From Lama guanicoe (Eukaryota), in assembly GCA_013239625.1 (NCBI GenBank), contig MU054187.1:17476711-17540710 (forward strand): DNA of 64,000 nt. The letters run 5' to 3'. The position numbers and the translations under genes were made by a program. The notes beneath the pieces are model-generated. The model saw only the letters and a program-made list of their open reading frames with translations. It was not told where the DNA came from and searched no databases. Positions 37,980 to 51,761 of this stretch are shown here, piece by piece. How positions within the stretch are numbered: the first letter of the stretch is position 1; each line of letters begins with the position of its first letter.

Positions 37980-39620
37980 ATTACATAGTACATAGAATTA
38001 GTTTTTCCCTGAGCCATTTTGAAAATAAGTTGTCAGCGGTACACACTATCATTTCCTAGTATTTTACTATTTCCTACAAATGGGGTTATTCTACATAACT
38101 ACTATGTTAGCAAGAGATTAACATCAATACCTCACTACCAACTAATCCTCAGACCACTCAAGTTTTACTAAATGTCTCAACACTGTTCAGAATTGCACAT
38201 TGGCTTTGGTTGTCAAGCCACTTTTGTCTCCTTCACTCTGAGAGTTCCTCAGTCTTTCCTGGACTTCAGTGACCTTGACAGTTTTAAACATCTATCAGTT
38301 GAATTGTGTAAGGTGCCTCCCAATTTAGGATTGTCTGATGTTCGCCAGAGTCAGGTTACATATTCAGGAATACATATAATCTGATATATATTAGGGACAG
38401 CCTAGAATTGAGGAGATGTTTGTTCCTCTTGTTGTATCCTCTTAGGTGACATACAGCTTAAATTTCCTCATTGCTAATGATTTTACTTTATTTATTCTGT
38501 TAAGCGGGTACCTGTGAAGCTTCTTAACTATAAAGTTACCTTTGTCTTCCATTGGTATTTAACACATATGTTTTGAGGAGGTTGGAGCTGTGTAAATGTC
38601 CATTTCTCATCAATCTCATAAATTTGTTTTATTTATATATTAACTTGTATTAATGCAGACTCAAGGTCCACATCCTATTTCATTTAAGGGGTTATAATTC
38701 ACTGCTCTCATTATTTATTTTGGTGTTCGTATTGACCCAGTTTTGACCAGGTGTAACCTCTTCATGCTGGCTCCTGTGTACTTTTATTGTATCTCATTAT
38801 TCTTTGAGCACTTCTGTGCTTTCTGACACAATAGAACAGCTCAGGTTAATCTTATAATTTTCCTGCTTCAACCCTTATTTAAAAGATGTAGGTGCTCAAT
38901 GTACTCATTGCTATAGGAATGTCACTACTACCAGGCTCTCTCTCAGTGGAGAAAGTTAGGGAATAATTTTACATCCACTTAGAAATGTTAAAATATGTAT
39001 ACCACCACTTCAATATCCAATGCAAAGTTACAAGGCTAATTCAGGATTATTTTCTGTTAATTAACTTTTCTATATATTTTAAATTAACAAGAAGTATTTA
39101 ACCAACTTCCCATCGCTACCACAATCCCCTCCCTAGAAACAGCCCCCTTCACCACATTAGTGTTTTGACGGTGTGTGCTAGGTCACCAAGCTCGTGGGAG
39201 CTACCTGCTCATTCTGCTCTGTCTCTGACAACCCACGTCAGAATCATCTACGTGTACACCTCACTGGCACAGCTCAGACTCTGGAAGCCTTGGCCAGCCC
39301 AGCTCTCCCATGACATCTGCCTCACCCCTCCCAGCTCTGAGAGGCCACGCTAGGGTGCTCTCTGTAGATGTACCCTCTCCACCCTAAGTGAGCTCTGATG
39401 CCCCAGGCCAGTTTGCTCCTTTTCATGAAGGTCCTGCTTGCACTTCTCAAATGTTAACACCCGACTCTCCTCCTGCACCACCTCCAACGGCACCCAGCCA
39501 TCTACCCACATCCACCCGCACACACTGCATGCTGCCCTCCTCTCTCTGCTCACGTTCTGACAGCCTGTGCGAGGTAAGCATCCACATGGACACCCTCCTC
39601 CCCCTTCCCAGCTCCTTCCC
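37980..39620 (-). mobile_element. L1MC4/L1MC5-like 3' UTR including its internal C-rich degenerate tandem repeat
   Basis: ttctacataac...cacattggctttggttgtca...ccaatttaggattgtctgatgtt...ttctttgagcactt; degenerate 50-55 bp units (ccctcctc...ctc...ctctga...cc) at 39200-39610. Confidence 0.75.
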
Positions 39621-40549
39621 ACTGTCCACCCAAGGATGCTCACTTTGCCTGGTGCAGTCTTAGGGCTGACTTCCTCAGAAGGGGAAGGTAAGGAAAAAGA
39701 AAGACAAGTGGAAAACTTTTCTTTAAGTTAGGTGCAGACTGCTGCATTGATTATACTCCACTTTATGATGTATCATCATCCGTGGTCAAAGCTAAGCCCA
39801 TACCATGTTTTACTTATTTTTAATGCATTTCATAATTCATTTTATATTATTAATTTGTTTATATTTTATTGTATTGAATGGTATATTTAATTTTTACTCC
39901 AAATGATGTATTTTCTCCATCTGTCTCTCTGTTTTTCACTTGTCTCACTACTTCCTGTGGCTTTTTTAAATGTTGTGCTTCATACTTTAATTAACTGATA
40001 CATTTTTAAATCTCTTTTTAATTCTCAAGTTTCCCTCTGCTGACTTGGAATTTTACTCATTTATTCCTTTCTCATAGTGATTATTTTTAAATAAGTCCAA
40101 TATTTGTGTATCAAAGTATAAAGCGACATCTTAACCTTCCTTCTGAGCAATATCTTAAGTATTGTTGATTCTTCCTTATAAATTCATTTGTTATTATTTT
40201 TCTTTATGTTAATTCTATTCAAATAAACTCTTTACATATCAGTTATTGTCATAATATTATTATTAACATTGCATTTATACTAAAAACTTTCTTTAGATTT
40301 ACCTTTTTAAAACAAAATTTTGTACTACATTTCTTTTTGCCTCTCAAATTGATCTTTGGGATCACTGTCTTTCATCCAGTCTCTAGATGTGTACCAATAT
40401 GCCTAAATGTAGATTTAATTTTATTCTAGATATTTTTTCAGCTTAGTAAAAAATATCAAGAGAATGATTTGGCTATTTAACAGTCATTTGTGTTAAAAAA
40501 TTTTAAAGGAGTAAAATGCAAATTTTTTACTGGATAAAGAATATCTACT

Positions 40550-41715
40550 TACTCTCTACACAAAAAATTTTTAAAGCCACAGTAAACCTCATATTAATGA
40601 TGAATGTTAGAAGCATTCTCTATTTAGGTCAGCCAAAAGACACGGACATCTGCCATCACCATATCTACTTCACATTATTTTGCATTCCCGCAACATGCAA
40701 AAAATCAAGAGAAGAAAAATAAGTATTCAAGTAAGAAAGATAAGAAAATCGCCATATTTTCCATCAACATAATTGTTCATGCTGAAAATCAAAAGTCTGT
40801 TGGAATTAATAAGTGGCCAGCAATTTCATGGATTCATGACCAATATACAAAATAATAGATTTCTTATACATTAGTAAAAGCCTTCAGATAAAATATAATA
40901 ATAAAATTTATACAATTCCCAATTGCAACAACAACAAAATTAAGATACGTACAAATAAGTCTAATCTAAAAATGTGAAGTATTTAGGGGAAAATGTGAAA
41001 TTTTATTTTTAAAAGTCTTACATAACATTAAAAGAGTAAAAAATTTTTGTAGACAATTGTTATGAAAAGAAAAAAGAGATAGAATTTGTATTTTGAAATA
41101 TCAAGAAAACTTCTAGTAGCAATAATCAAAACAGTATGATCTCCTCACAGAGATACACAAATTTAGCACTGGACTAGATTACAGAACCCAGGAATAGCTT
41201 ACTAATCAGTATTAAATTGCCTATTAAAATGTAATGTAAAAGTAGTTAGATCCTTGCTTCTGGCCAAATAAAAATAAATTATAGTTAAAGATGTTAAAAA
41301 TATGAAAAGTAAGACAAAAACTCTGTAGAAAATGTAAGAGATTACTTTATGTGTTTTCATAGGAAAGAAGAAGAAAGGATTTTTTGCATTTGTATAGGAA
41401 GTATAGGGCAGTATTTCCTGAACAAGATACCAGAAAAAAGGCAGTAAGTGACAACTTTTATTTTAAAAAGACAGTCTTCTGTATAATAAAAGTCACCAAA
41501 ACAAATTTAAAAGATGATTCTTTTGGGGGGAAAATATATGTTAATAATCATATATGACAAAGGATTTATCTCCATAGGAAGAGCCTCTGACCAGTAAATG
41601 AGAAAATTACAACTATGCCAATATAACTGAAAAGCAAAATATGTGAATTGGCAGATCACACAAGAGCAAACACGAAGCTCAACAAACCTAAAGCCGCTTT
41701 AACCTTACGAGCAAG
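40550..41715 (+). mobile_element. Old L1ME-like ORF2 (RT region) fragment
   Basis: ccacagtaaacctcatattaatgatgaa...gcattctct...ccatcaccatatctacttcac...taatcaaaacagtatg follow L1 ORF2 order. Confidence 0.75.
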
Positions 41716-41719
41716 CAGG

Positions 41720-41965
41720 TGAGTGAGGATTCTGGGTTCTGAGACCAGACTTCCAAAGTTCCAAACCTGCTCAACCACTTACTGGTTATATAACTCTGGG
41801 CAAGTTATTTCTGTTTCTCAGGGTCCTCTTCACTCAAAGCGAGAATGATAATACCTTCTAACTTCACATATTTATTGTGAGAACTAAGTGACTGAGTGCA
41901 TGTAAAAGACTAGAACAGCACTTGGCACAAGGTGACAGCTCAAAAAATGGTGCCCATTATTGTGC
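41720..41965 (+). mobile_element. MIR SINE (near full length)
   Basis: gggttctgagaccagacttcc...ccacttactggttatataactctgggcaagtta...ttattgtgagaactaagtga...tagaacagcacttggcaca. Confidence 0.85.
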
Positions 41966-41999
41966 TGTCAAGGAGGTCCTTAGGTGGAAGCGACAGAAT

Positions 42000-42465
42000 G
42001 GAATCTAGTGAAGGATAAAGTACGCAGCGAATCCAAAGTCTCTTGAGTAGAATACAGCACTTGGGGAAGAATGGAAAAATACTTTAAAGGAACAATATTC
42101 CAGGAAAAAAAATGATCAAAACAACACATAAAATAAAGCATTCATTTTAAAATTTAAAATATATAAACCTCAATGCTGGCTGGATTATGAACATACAGTA
42201 AATATATTAAAACATGGTGGGGGAAAATACATACCAACTTTAGGATAGCAGTTAGCTGTGAGCAGGACTGCAGGGGAATGGGTTAAGGAAAGAACTTGAG
42301 TGGTGTGTGTAGTGTTGTATTTCTTTAAAAATAAATACATAAGGGGCCCGTGGTAAATAAGTAAAAGAGGCAACATTTGTTAAGTCCAGATGACAGAAAC
42401 GTGAATGTCTATTAGTCACTGAAACTTTCTCTGTGTGTTTAAATATTTCATAATTTCAAAAAAAT
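42000..42465 (+). mobile_element. L1ME 3' UTR fragment
   Basis: Ends ctgtgtgtttaaatatttcataatttcaaaaaa, a typical L1ME tail. Confidence 0.55.
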
Positions 42466-42539
42466 GTAAAAGGGTTGAATGCAGAGCATTATTTTTACAT
42501 GCCTGCTAGAAATATTCTCACTCTATTTTATAGTTGTCC

Positions 42540-42685
42540 CTGTACATATTTTGACTCTGCTACTAAATATAATTCCTTGACAACTCAAGCAAGTTTTTTT
42601 CTAAATTTTATCCCTTAGCTTTGAATACAATGTTTGATACATAACAAGGATGCAATAAAACTTTGATGAATGAATGAACGAATGT
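42540..42685 (+). mobile_element. L2 3' end
   Basis: ...tgcaataaaactttgatgaatgaatgaacgaat. Confidence 0.6.
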
Positions 42686-43336
42686 GTTATTGGGCACTTT
42701 GGCATTTTAAATAATTCACAGAAACACCTACAAAAGAGCTTATTTATTCATTCTAAATATAGGAAAAAACAAATACATTAAATGTTAAATTTCTACTTAT
42801 GACATCAGAAGGAAAGTAATTGTGTATCCTAAACAGAATTCCTATGCTTTCTCTTCTCTGCTTTTTAAATTTTTTTTTAAAAAGGGATTATTTTCACTTA
42901 TTTTTGAACTCTGTTGTATTGTACTTTGTTACATTCTGACTCTCACAAAACTGTTCCTACTATTATAGACAAATGCTCAGAAGTTCTCCAATCTTAACTG
43001 AATATCCAAGAGTAATCAAAAGGAAATAAATTAGAGGCTGCCAACAATGAAAGCGTTTTTAATTCTTTGGTGAATAATTTATGTTTTCCACTCAACAAAA
43101 GCAAAGAATGTAGCACTTTCCCCCCAGGATCAGGTAGTTAATTATTTTTGGCTCAAAAATACTTGTTCATTATTTTTTTTACTATAAGTTTACGAGCGCA
43201 TTTTATTTTATTTTATTGGCTCTCATTATAGAATCATGAAAAACTAATTAAAAAGAGAGAAGGTTTCCAAAAATTAACAGAGCAGGAGCAAGAACTACTT
43301 TTGGAAAAGAAAAGAGATGTTTTAGGTTGGCTGCAT

Positions 43337-43355
43337 ACACACACACACACACACA
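43337..43355. repeat. (CA)n microsatellite
   Basis: Direct reading. Confidence 0.9.
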
Positions 43356-44209
43356 AAACCTTAGTTTAATGAGAGACACAGAACAATCTAACTTGACCTG
43401 AGGATTTGTTTCAGGAATAAGGATCTAAGATAATTCCTTACCATTTTGCTTTGGGGTGAAAGAAAATTGTATTCTCTTTCAAGTCAAAATATGTAAAATA
43501 ACCATTTGAACACTAAGTATTTTAAATACAATCTTATTTCGTCTTTTAATTTCTTCTAAGTACTTACATGAACTTCATATTTCTCTCAATGTCTTTCTTG
43601 CTGTTTTACTTTTTTCACTTGTTCCACCATAGTATATAGAAACCCTCCATGTTTCTACACAATTTCTATTAATATTCTCCTTTATTTACTTTATTTACCA
43701 TGTTTTGATATTTCTCATTCAAAAGAAGTGCTGCTAAAAATATTAAACATAATAATTGACACTATTTCTGAGAATCCTATTGTATTTCTTGTATTGATGA
43801 AATAAACAATTTATGGGCACCACCATCAAAAAAAAAAGCAAAACTAGATCTGAGCATTTTGAATAATCTATAGGGAAAATTTAAAGAAAAATTAAAATAT
43901 TAATCTTGCAAAGATTAGATCTTACTTAAAACTTTTGTATGTTCTTTAATAATAAATTACCAGTTGCCAAAGGCAAACCTGAATTCAGGAAAGGTGAATG
44001 GGAAAAAAAAACTAATTGTTTTGTGTCTAATGTAATCATTTAAAATAAGGTCAGTCAGTTAAGATGATCTGTTGACTTATTTTACTAGCATAATTTCATT
44101 TATAAGTAATATATTTATTTAGCTTAGCATACTACAATGCATCATTCTCTGCTAGACATTGGGATAGGAAGAGTTCAAACCCTGCCACTACTTCAGAGGA
44201 AGGTCAAAC

Positions 44210-44330
44210 AAGCCTGTATGGTGGGAGAGGGCCAGCACTGCGTGTATTTGCTTTACTACGACATACCTAGTGCCTACCCAGTGCCTGACACACAGTCAGT
44301 ACTCAATAAATACTTGGCCAATACATGAAC
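44210..44330 (+). mobile_element. L2 3' end
   Basis: cctagtgcctacccagtgcctgacacacagtcagtactcaataaatacttg. Confidence 0.75.
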
Positions 44331-44909
44331 TAAAAGACCAAAATATCCAGTCAGATAATGTCAAAGCACTGTGACTAGAAAGAAAAGAGTGACTAATACT
44401 GTCTGTGAGTGTCAAGAAGTAACATTACACAAGGATGAGTTTGATCTCATAATTCAGTTTGAAAAGAACATCCTTCTTTGAATAGATTGTCTATCACCCA
44501 TATCGTGTGATTCTTTTCGATGTACCAATCATAGGAAAAGGACAACTCCTCATAAACATCCAGCTATCCACAGATGGGCACTTGTCCCGAGATTAGGAAA
44601 TCAAACCCACTTTGGTAAATTGACTTTATAGAAGACAAGAGAAACTGACATACAAAAAATGTTTTAACTTACAGAAATTTCAGTTTTGATAAACTGAATT
44701 AGGGATGTAGTCACAGAGAAAGACATGGCAGTGCCACTAGAAATTCTAACAAACAAGTTTTATCTCCTTATTTGGTACTTTCTAATAAGAAGGTTTAATG
44801 TTAGGACCTTGTAATAAAACCTAATGAAGCAATTCAAAGTTTAAAAGTTCCTTTTGCATCTATTATCTCAGAGAACCTTTACAAATCTTCATGAAGTATT
44901 GTTAACATC

Positions 44910-45415
44910 TCCCAAAGATATCATCTCTCTTTGTTATTGGAGTCCTTCATCTGGGCTGCGTGAATAGTCCCCCTAAAAACCTGCCTTTAGGATTCCAGCC
45001 CTCCCGCTCTAAATTCCATCTCCTTAGCACTGTCACTGTCCCAAAACAAAACTTTTATCAAATTATTTACTAACTGTTCACTCACTATAGGTAAATTCCA
45101 AGTGATTTAGGATGAACATCATCTTCTAAACTCCTGCTATAAAATTCCAGCATCATATATTTTGAACTATTTGAAATTTCACACGCATATCATGTTTTAG
45201 TCATTTAATTTTTCTGTACTTCCATAGATTGTATTTTCTCTGCCCAGAACATTTATAATAATATTTATTATTCACAGGGCAGTGAATCATTGGTTTACAT
45301 GTTTAACCACCATACTGGATTGGAGGAGAGCATGTCTCGCTTACCTCTTAACACTTGGACATAACGCAATGCCTAGAAAATAGTTAGTACTTAATACATG
45401 TTTATTGATTTATGG
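44910..45415 (+). mobile_element. L2 3' fragment
   Basis: Degenerate L2 body ending gcaatgcctagaaaatagttagtacttaatacatgtttattga. Confidence 0.55.
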
Positions 45416-46411
45416 TTCATTCTCCATCATGATAAGATTCAAGGAAATCAAGTGACTTGTTCAAGCCTTTGTAAGAGACCAATATTCAAACACAAGCTTT
45501 AAGATTCCTAGTTTAAACATCTTTGAGTTTACCTCACTTCCCAAACACCAGCAGATCAGAAGAGGGCCACAGAAATGAATGTAAAGAGAGCCAGTAGCAG
45601 CTTTTGAGCAGTTTCACAGACTCAAACCATTTGTCACTGGAGTTCAGGCAGAGGGGAGGATTAAAGAAGAAAAATGACCAAAGTTATCACTCTTTCTATC
45701 CCCAGTTTCTGTCTAGCACTTAAATCAGTAAATTTTATATTAATTATGAACAAATGAAGGTAAATCAAATTTTTTTCTAATTAGCTTTTAATGTTATAGA
45801 GAATACTAACCCCAAGCAGTGATATTAACCTTATCTCTGCCCCAGCAACCACCCTCCTTTCTTTCTTTATTGCATCTTTTTATTCCTATAAATAGGATTC
45901 TTTGGGTCTTACTTTAATTCATATGCCTTATGCAATACCTGAATGCTAACTTTTTTTTTTGGCTAAATGTTTTGCTTTCATTAATTGCCAGTAAAATGGC
46001 CTGAATTGAACTTACATCAAAAAACATTCCAATTATCTCCAGATTCTTTGGATCGGAAGATGTTGATCTTTTCACCTTAGTCACATTTATTTTTGTCCTT
46101 GGCAACCATTTGTGAACTTCTGAGTCCACACAGTATCTCTTGAATGGTATTTATTCCATTATCATTCTATATTCAAAAGAAAGAAAGGACAAACTTGCAA
46201 AACAAACTAAAAATATCTTGGTTTTAATAACTCCTGAACTTTGAAAATGAAAATCTATTCAACTTATCATTTGACAAAAAAGTAACTGATCAAGTAAACT
46301 GATAAATTTAAAATTTTAAGGAATTTCCCCATTGTATGGTACTTGATGTCATGATTATTAACAAAATTCAATACACGTTATGACACAGAAGAAAATAACT
46401 CACTAAAGAAA

Positions 46412-47038
46412 TGTATAGAAAATGGAGCTGCCCTGGGGAACATACTGACTATATTTTCTTGTTTCTGTATGTTTGATGCTCTGGCATTTGGGGCCTCGAT
46501 CCTGGACAGAGTGCCTCTTCCAGGGCTAGCTAGTTCCTGGAGTTAGCACAACAAATCTCCCGCCAACACATTTTTGATACACAAACCAACCAATTCAGAG
46601 TCTACATCTGCAATAATTTCCTTTATCAAACTCTTACATAAGCCAGGCCAATACTTCCCCTGCCCTAAATCACCCAGGGCCAGTTACATGGCAGCTAAGA
46701 GACCATGCCTATGGCCCAGAGACACCTGAAATTATTCAAACTATGCAATCTTTAAGTTATTTAGCAAACCTCCCACCTTGTTTTGTCCATTCCTACTTGA
46801 AAACAAAACAAAACAAAACAAACAAAAAACCCACCAATTTAGGCTCCGGGCCATATTCTCCCCTCTCCCCTGTGACTCCTGACCATCGCTGGTCCTTCCC
46901 CACATGGCCCTGCTTGGTGAATTGTGCCTCATATGTCTAAGGATCTGTGAGTATAAACTTCCTTTATGATAATCGTTTCTTTGTCTCTATGTCTTATTGC
47001 ACCTGGTTAAAACAAATTATGGGTACCTTTTAAACACA
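46412..47038 (+). mobile_element. MER74-like ERVL solo LTR
   Basis: TG...CA ends; ccagggctagc...caaaccaaccaattcagag...cccctgccctaaatcacccagggccag...ctgaaattattcaaacta match MER74. Confidence 0.8.
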
Positions 47039-47104
47039 GGGATGTTTATTAAAATAAATCTGAGGTACTTCAGCAGTATGTAGATGACTAGTAAAGGGAT
47101 AAAT

Positions 47105-47175
47105 GCACAAGAGAAAGGATAGAATTAGATGACTTCTAAACTTCTTCCCAGCTCTCAGATATTCTGATTCTATGA
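47105..47175 (+). mobile_element. MIR3/L3-type 3' end
   Basis: tagatgacttctaaacttcttcccagctctcagatattctgattctatga. Confidence 0.65.
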
Positions 47176-47654
47176 TGATAATACCCATTTTTGGCTCTTA
47201 ATTAATATCTGAGTTTTTATTTTCATAGAGCTATGTATATACAAAATGCACAATAAACATACATATACTGAAATACTCCTAATATATGTACCAGCAATAG
47301 ATTTAAAAATGAATTTACTATGTAAGGTGGTAACACCTAAAGTATGTGATTAAGTGTGATCTCAGGGAAGAAGGAACATGGAGCGGTTATGACTGTCTTC
47401 TCAAGAAATTTGTATATAAATGGAAAATAAAGGAAATGATGGAGGCTCACTGAGGTAGCCTGCAAATCCATGATGAGATTAAGTGTTTTCTTGGAAGGGG
47501 TAGGTTATATGGTTTTCTAAAGAGCATTCAAGGAGTAAGCATCTAGAATCTTCATTGCAAGTGGTGATTCATGAGCTGAGATCTAGAGCCAGCTCTGCAC
47601 TCTGAGTTTATTCACTCTTAGAGGGAAGATGTGATCCTAGATGAGGAGGTAAAA

Positions 47655-49488
47655 ATTGTACCATTTGATAGATTATAGTTTGAGCTATTAGTATGAACTC
47701 ATGTTTAGCTTAATACAGATGTTACATGTAGAAATATTTATAGGTATGTGCATATGAACAAGTTAGTGTACACATATGCATTTCTTCACCCTGTCAACTA
47801 AGAGGGTCTAAAGGAAATGATATACCAGTAGCAAAGAGCATATCTGGTCCCTGAATCTTGGTTTCTAATGCCATTCTCCAATAAAATATACCAAGGCCAA
47901 GGAAAAATGGTTGTTTCTAAGACTTGGGCAGGAAATATGCACAATGAGCCTAGAGCATCATTTAGTGCCAGAAATTAAGAAAGTGGATTAAAAAAAAGTT
48001 CAGTGCTAGGGTACAAAGGAAGTAAATAAAAGAATTCTTGATAGCCAAAGCTGGAAAAATTTGAGCAGGAAAATAAAGTAGAATTAGATTATAACTTATA
48101 GTATAAAATAACTATTGATGAATCTATATTGAAACAAAAGAATTTTTGAATAAATTTGAAAAATGAAAAACAAGTTCAAAATATTTTATGTAGTATCCCT
48201 CCCTCAAAGAGATATTGCTTATCTCCCTATTCCCTAAATGTTAGCTGTGCTTAATAACTGTCTTCTAAAGAGTACAGGAAAAAAAGAATAACTTTACAGT
48301 GGAGAGATCTGACAAACACTACCTCAGCCAGATGATCAAGGTTAACATCAACAGTGATAAGACATTTGATAGTATATACTTGTGATATTGTGATTTTTAA
48401 TGAGGAATATATATTTGGTCTTTGTCCCCAATTTTGGCACAAAGGTCTTAAAACCACTGGAATTTCTACAGTGTTGAGAGCTATAAAGGTGTCTTTTGTT
48501 ATGCTTATGGGTGACCTTTGGACCACAGAAGGATAGGGGGCTGGTTGCCAGTGGAGACAACTCAGTGATGAGAAGGTTGAAATTCTGAGTCCTACCCACA
48601 GACCCCTGGGAAGGGATGAGGGGCTGGAGACTGTTTAATCACCAATGGTCAATGACCTAACCAATCGTGCCTAATTAATGAAGCCTCCATAAAACATCAA
48701 AAGGATGAGGTTTGGAGAATTTCTTGCTTGGTGAATCAGAGTGCTTCCACATGTCACATTGCACTGGCCCCAAATGCTACAAGAACAGAAACTCACTTTT
48801 TTCTGAATCTGGCTCTATGTATCTCTTCATCTGGCTATTGGTTTAGATCCCTTAATATTCTTTATAATAAACTGGTAATCTAGTGAAAAAACTGGTTTCC
48901 TGAGTACTGTGAGCTGCTCCTGCAAGTTAATGGAGCTCAAGGAAGGAGTTCTGGGAACTGATTTTCAGCCAGCCAGCCCATCAGAAGCACCTGTAACAAC
49001 CTGGGCTTGTGATTGGTATCTGAAGTGGTCCAGTCTTACAGGACTGAGTCCTTCAACTATAGAATCTGATGATATCTCCATGTAGAAAATTTCAGAATCG
49101 AATTGAATTGTAGGACACCCAGCTGGTGTCAGAGAATTGCTTGATGGTAAAGTAAAATCTACACGGGGGTAGATCTGGGGTGCAGAATCATAGTACCCTT
49201 GACATGACTGAGAAAAATGACATCTTGCTACTGTGATCTTCCTTTCCCAAACCCATAACCCCAGTTCTAATCATGAGAAGAACATCATGCAAATCCTAAC
49301 TGAGGATTACTACAAAACACCTGACCAGTTCTCCCCAAAACTGTCAAGGTCATAAAAAAAAACAAGGAAAGTCTGAGAAAAAGTCTCAGCCAAAAGTTGT
49401 CTAGGAGACTTGACTACTCAATATAACAGTACCTTTCATGGAACTCTAGAACAGTAAGAGGCTGTTAGGTAAAAACCAAGGAAATCTG
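47655..49488 (+). mobile_element. L1MD (L1MD2-like) 3' UTR, interrupted by MER21
   Basis: atgaactcatgtttagcttaata...tcttggtttctaatgccattctccaataaa...cctcagccagatgatcaaggttaacatc; resumes at 49191 (aaacccataaccccag...aaaactgtcaaggtcat). Confidence 0.85.
48381..49190 (+). mobile_element. MER21B/C-like ERVL solo LTR nested in L1MD
   Basis: Starts tgtgatattgtgat...atatatttggtctttgtcccc; gggctggttgccag, atcaccaatggtcaatga, aggacacccagctggtgtc. Confidence 0.85.
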
Positions 49489-49975
49489 CATTCCCACCAA
49501 CCATGCACAAGGTTCCAATTTCTCCACATCCTTGCCATGTCTTTTGTTGTTGTTTTTGTTGCTGTTTTTTCTTTCTTTTTTTTTTATAAAAGCTATTTGG
49601 ACAAGTGTGAGGTACTATCTCATTGTCAGATTCCTCCACTGTAAAGTTATTTTTTTTTCCTGTGCTGTTTAGAAGGCAGTTATTATGTACAGGGCTTGCA
49701 TTTCCCTGATGATTAGTGATGGTGAGCATTCTTTTTCATGTACCTGTTAGCCATTTGTCTGTCTCATTTGATGAAATGTCTATCCAAGTCCTTAGCCCAC
49801 TTTTTAATCTGGTTATTAGGTTTTTTGTTATTAAATTGTACAAGTTCCTTATATATTTTGGAAATTGACACCATGCCAGATACATGGTTTCCAAATATTT
49901 TCTCCCATTCTGTAGGTTGTCTTTTCATTCTGTTGATAGTTTCCTTTGCTTTGCAGAAAGTTTTTAGTTGGATAT
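49489..49975 (-). mobile_element. L1MA/MB-like ORF2 3' fragment carrying a 70-bp insertion
   Basis: cattcccaccaa...ttctccacatccttgcca...ttgcatttccctgatgattagtgat...ttctcccattctgtaggttgtcttttca. Confidence 0.9.
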
Positions 49976-51761
49976 AGATTGTTAGTTTGATATTGTCTTG
50001 GAGAGGAAGTGTGTTTGTCTGTTTGTTTTGGTGAAGTAGGAGGATTATTTTTGTGATCCTATCAAATCCATTTATCCTGACAACACTCTACCTGAGAGCA
50101 TCTCCTCAGTGTGCCACAGCAGGAAAGGCTGCAGTGGTGGTGAGACACCAAGACCCAAATTCCCTCAGATTTTTTGGTCCCAAATGGGTCCAGAACTCCC
50201 TGGCAATTTATCTTTCTCTCAAGCATCTTCTTCTTTGACTTCACAGTGACATATAAATACAATCATTTTCTATGTATGCCTTTTATGGAAAGAATAAAGA
50301 AGGAGGCCTTTTGGGGAAAACAGTTTTGGGGAGAAGAAAGCTGGTATTTAGCCTTGTATGCTTCTGTTATTAGTTTCACACTAAGGAACAACTGTCTGTA
50401 TCGTAAGACAATTAAATTGATATTTTATCAGATAATAGATGACCCTGACATTGATGGAGACATACACTGTTAAAACTGGAAGGGATATAGAGATTTTTAT
50501 CAGCTATTTACAAAATGCATCCAAAACTCAAGACAACTTTCAATTTATGGATATGCTATAATATTTGTCATGATCATGAGTGAAAGGAATCAAAGAGAAA
50601 GCAAGAAAGAGAAAGAGGGAGAACTATTCTTCAACCCAATTGTTTCTCCTCCAAATAGTTTTGGGCACCATACTCATCCAGGATAAACATCTGACACTTG
50701 GAGATATGTACCAAATAACTCATAAGCAGGGTTTAGCTGCCAAGGTTTGATTTCAGGGACATTCTAAAATGTATTCTTTTAGGTTCAGGTTAACCAAAAA
50801 GATTACCCAGTGGTTCTTGGATTCTGAAATAAACATATAATAGGCTAGACAGAAATTGTCAGCCTGTCATTATAATACTGGCTGTTAACAACCACAATTA
50901 AGGCAGACTACATATCAATTATTATTTGTCTGGAACATCTACTTCCTTAAGCATAAAAGGAAGTGAGGCAGCCTGCATTACTGTCTTCCCTATTCAGCTA
51001 ATTAGTACTGTTTTTAATGGCTTCATCTGCCCAGGATCAATTGTCTAATAGGAACAGTGCTCTGTCAGTTAATAAGGTGAGGAACCGTGGAATGTGATTA
51101 TGTCTGGCTCCAAAATAGTGCTTCAAACAACACTAAAACACTCATGTGACAGAATAGACTAATAGACCCAGACAGTACTTTTTGTCTAATTCTTGTACAA
51201 ACTTAGTGTTTTAGTAACATTTATGGAAAAATTAAAAGGGAAAACATTTAAGAAAGAGAAAAAAATGAAGGGACATTTAAAGACAAACACAACTGTATGC
51301 ACATGCATGTGGACACACACATGTACATAGTCTCTAAAAACGTCAGCTAGGAGAGGAGCCGGCAATATTATAAACTCGTATTTAATGAGTATTACCAAAG
51401 GGAATGCTGATGTAATGATGAATCCTACTTTCCAAAAATGTTTTTTGCAAAAATAAACTACACTGTGGTTGTGCTGATTGTAACATAAACTATAGTCATT
51501 TTCCAGTCACAAAACACATTTCCAGTCAACTCAGTGAAGAAATGGGGACTGATAATATTCACTTGTATGCAATTGGCTTTTAGCATCTCTTACCAGACCC
51601 ATATAGCAATTTTAATTTTAGTAAATGTGCTAAACAATAGACTATCTAAAAAATACCTGAAAATATTAATCTATACTCTTCTTAATAAGCTGATGTAGGA
51701 CTGGGCTCAGGGAATGAACCAGGACAAACTGAGATGACTGACAGAGGGCAGTCATTATCCT

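Noticed and set aside
39110..39690. GC-rich island with several ORFs and a GAG|GTAAGC donor
   Set aside because: Best explained as the degenerate internal tandem repeat of an L1MC4/5 3' UTR contiguous with 37980-39100.
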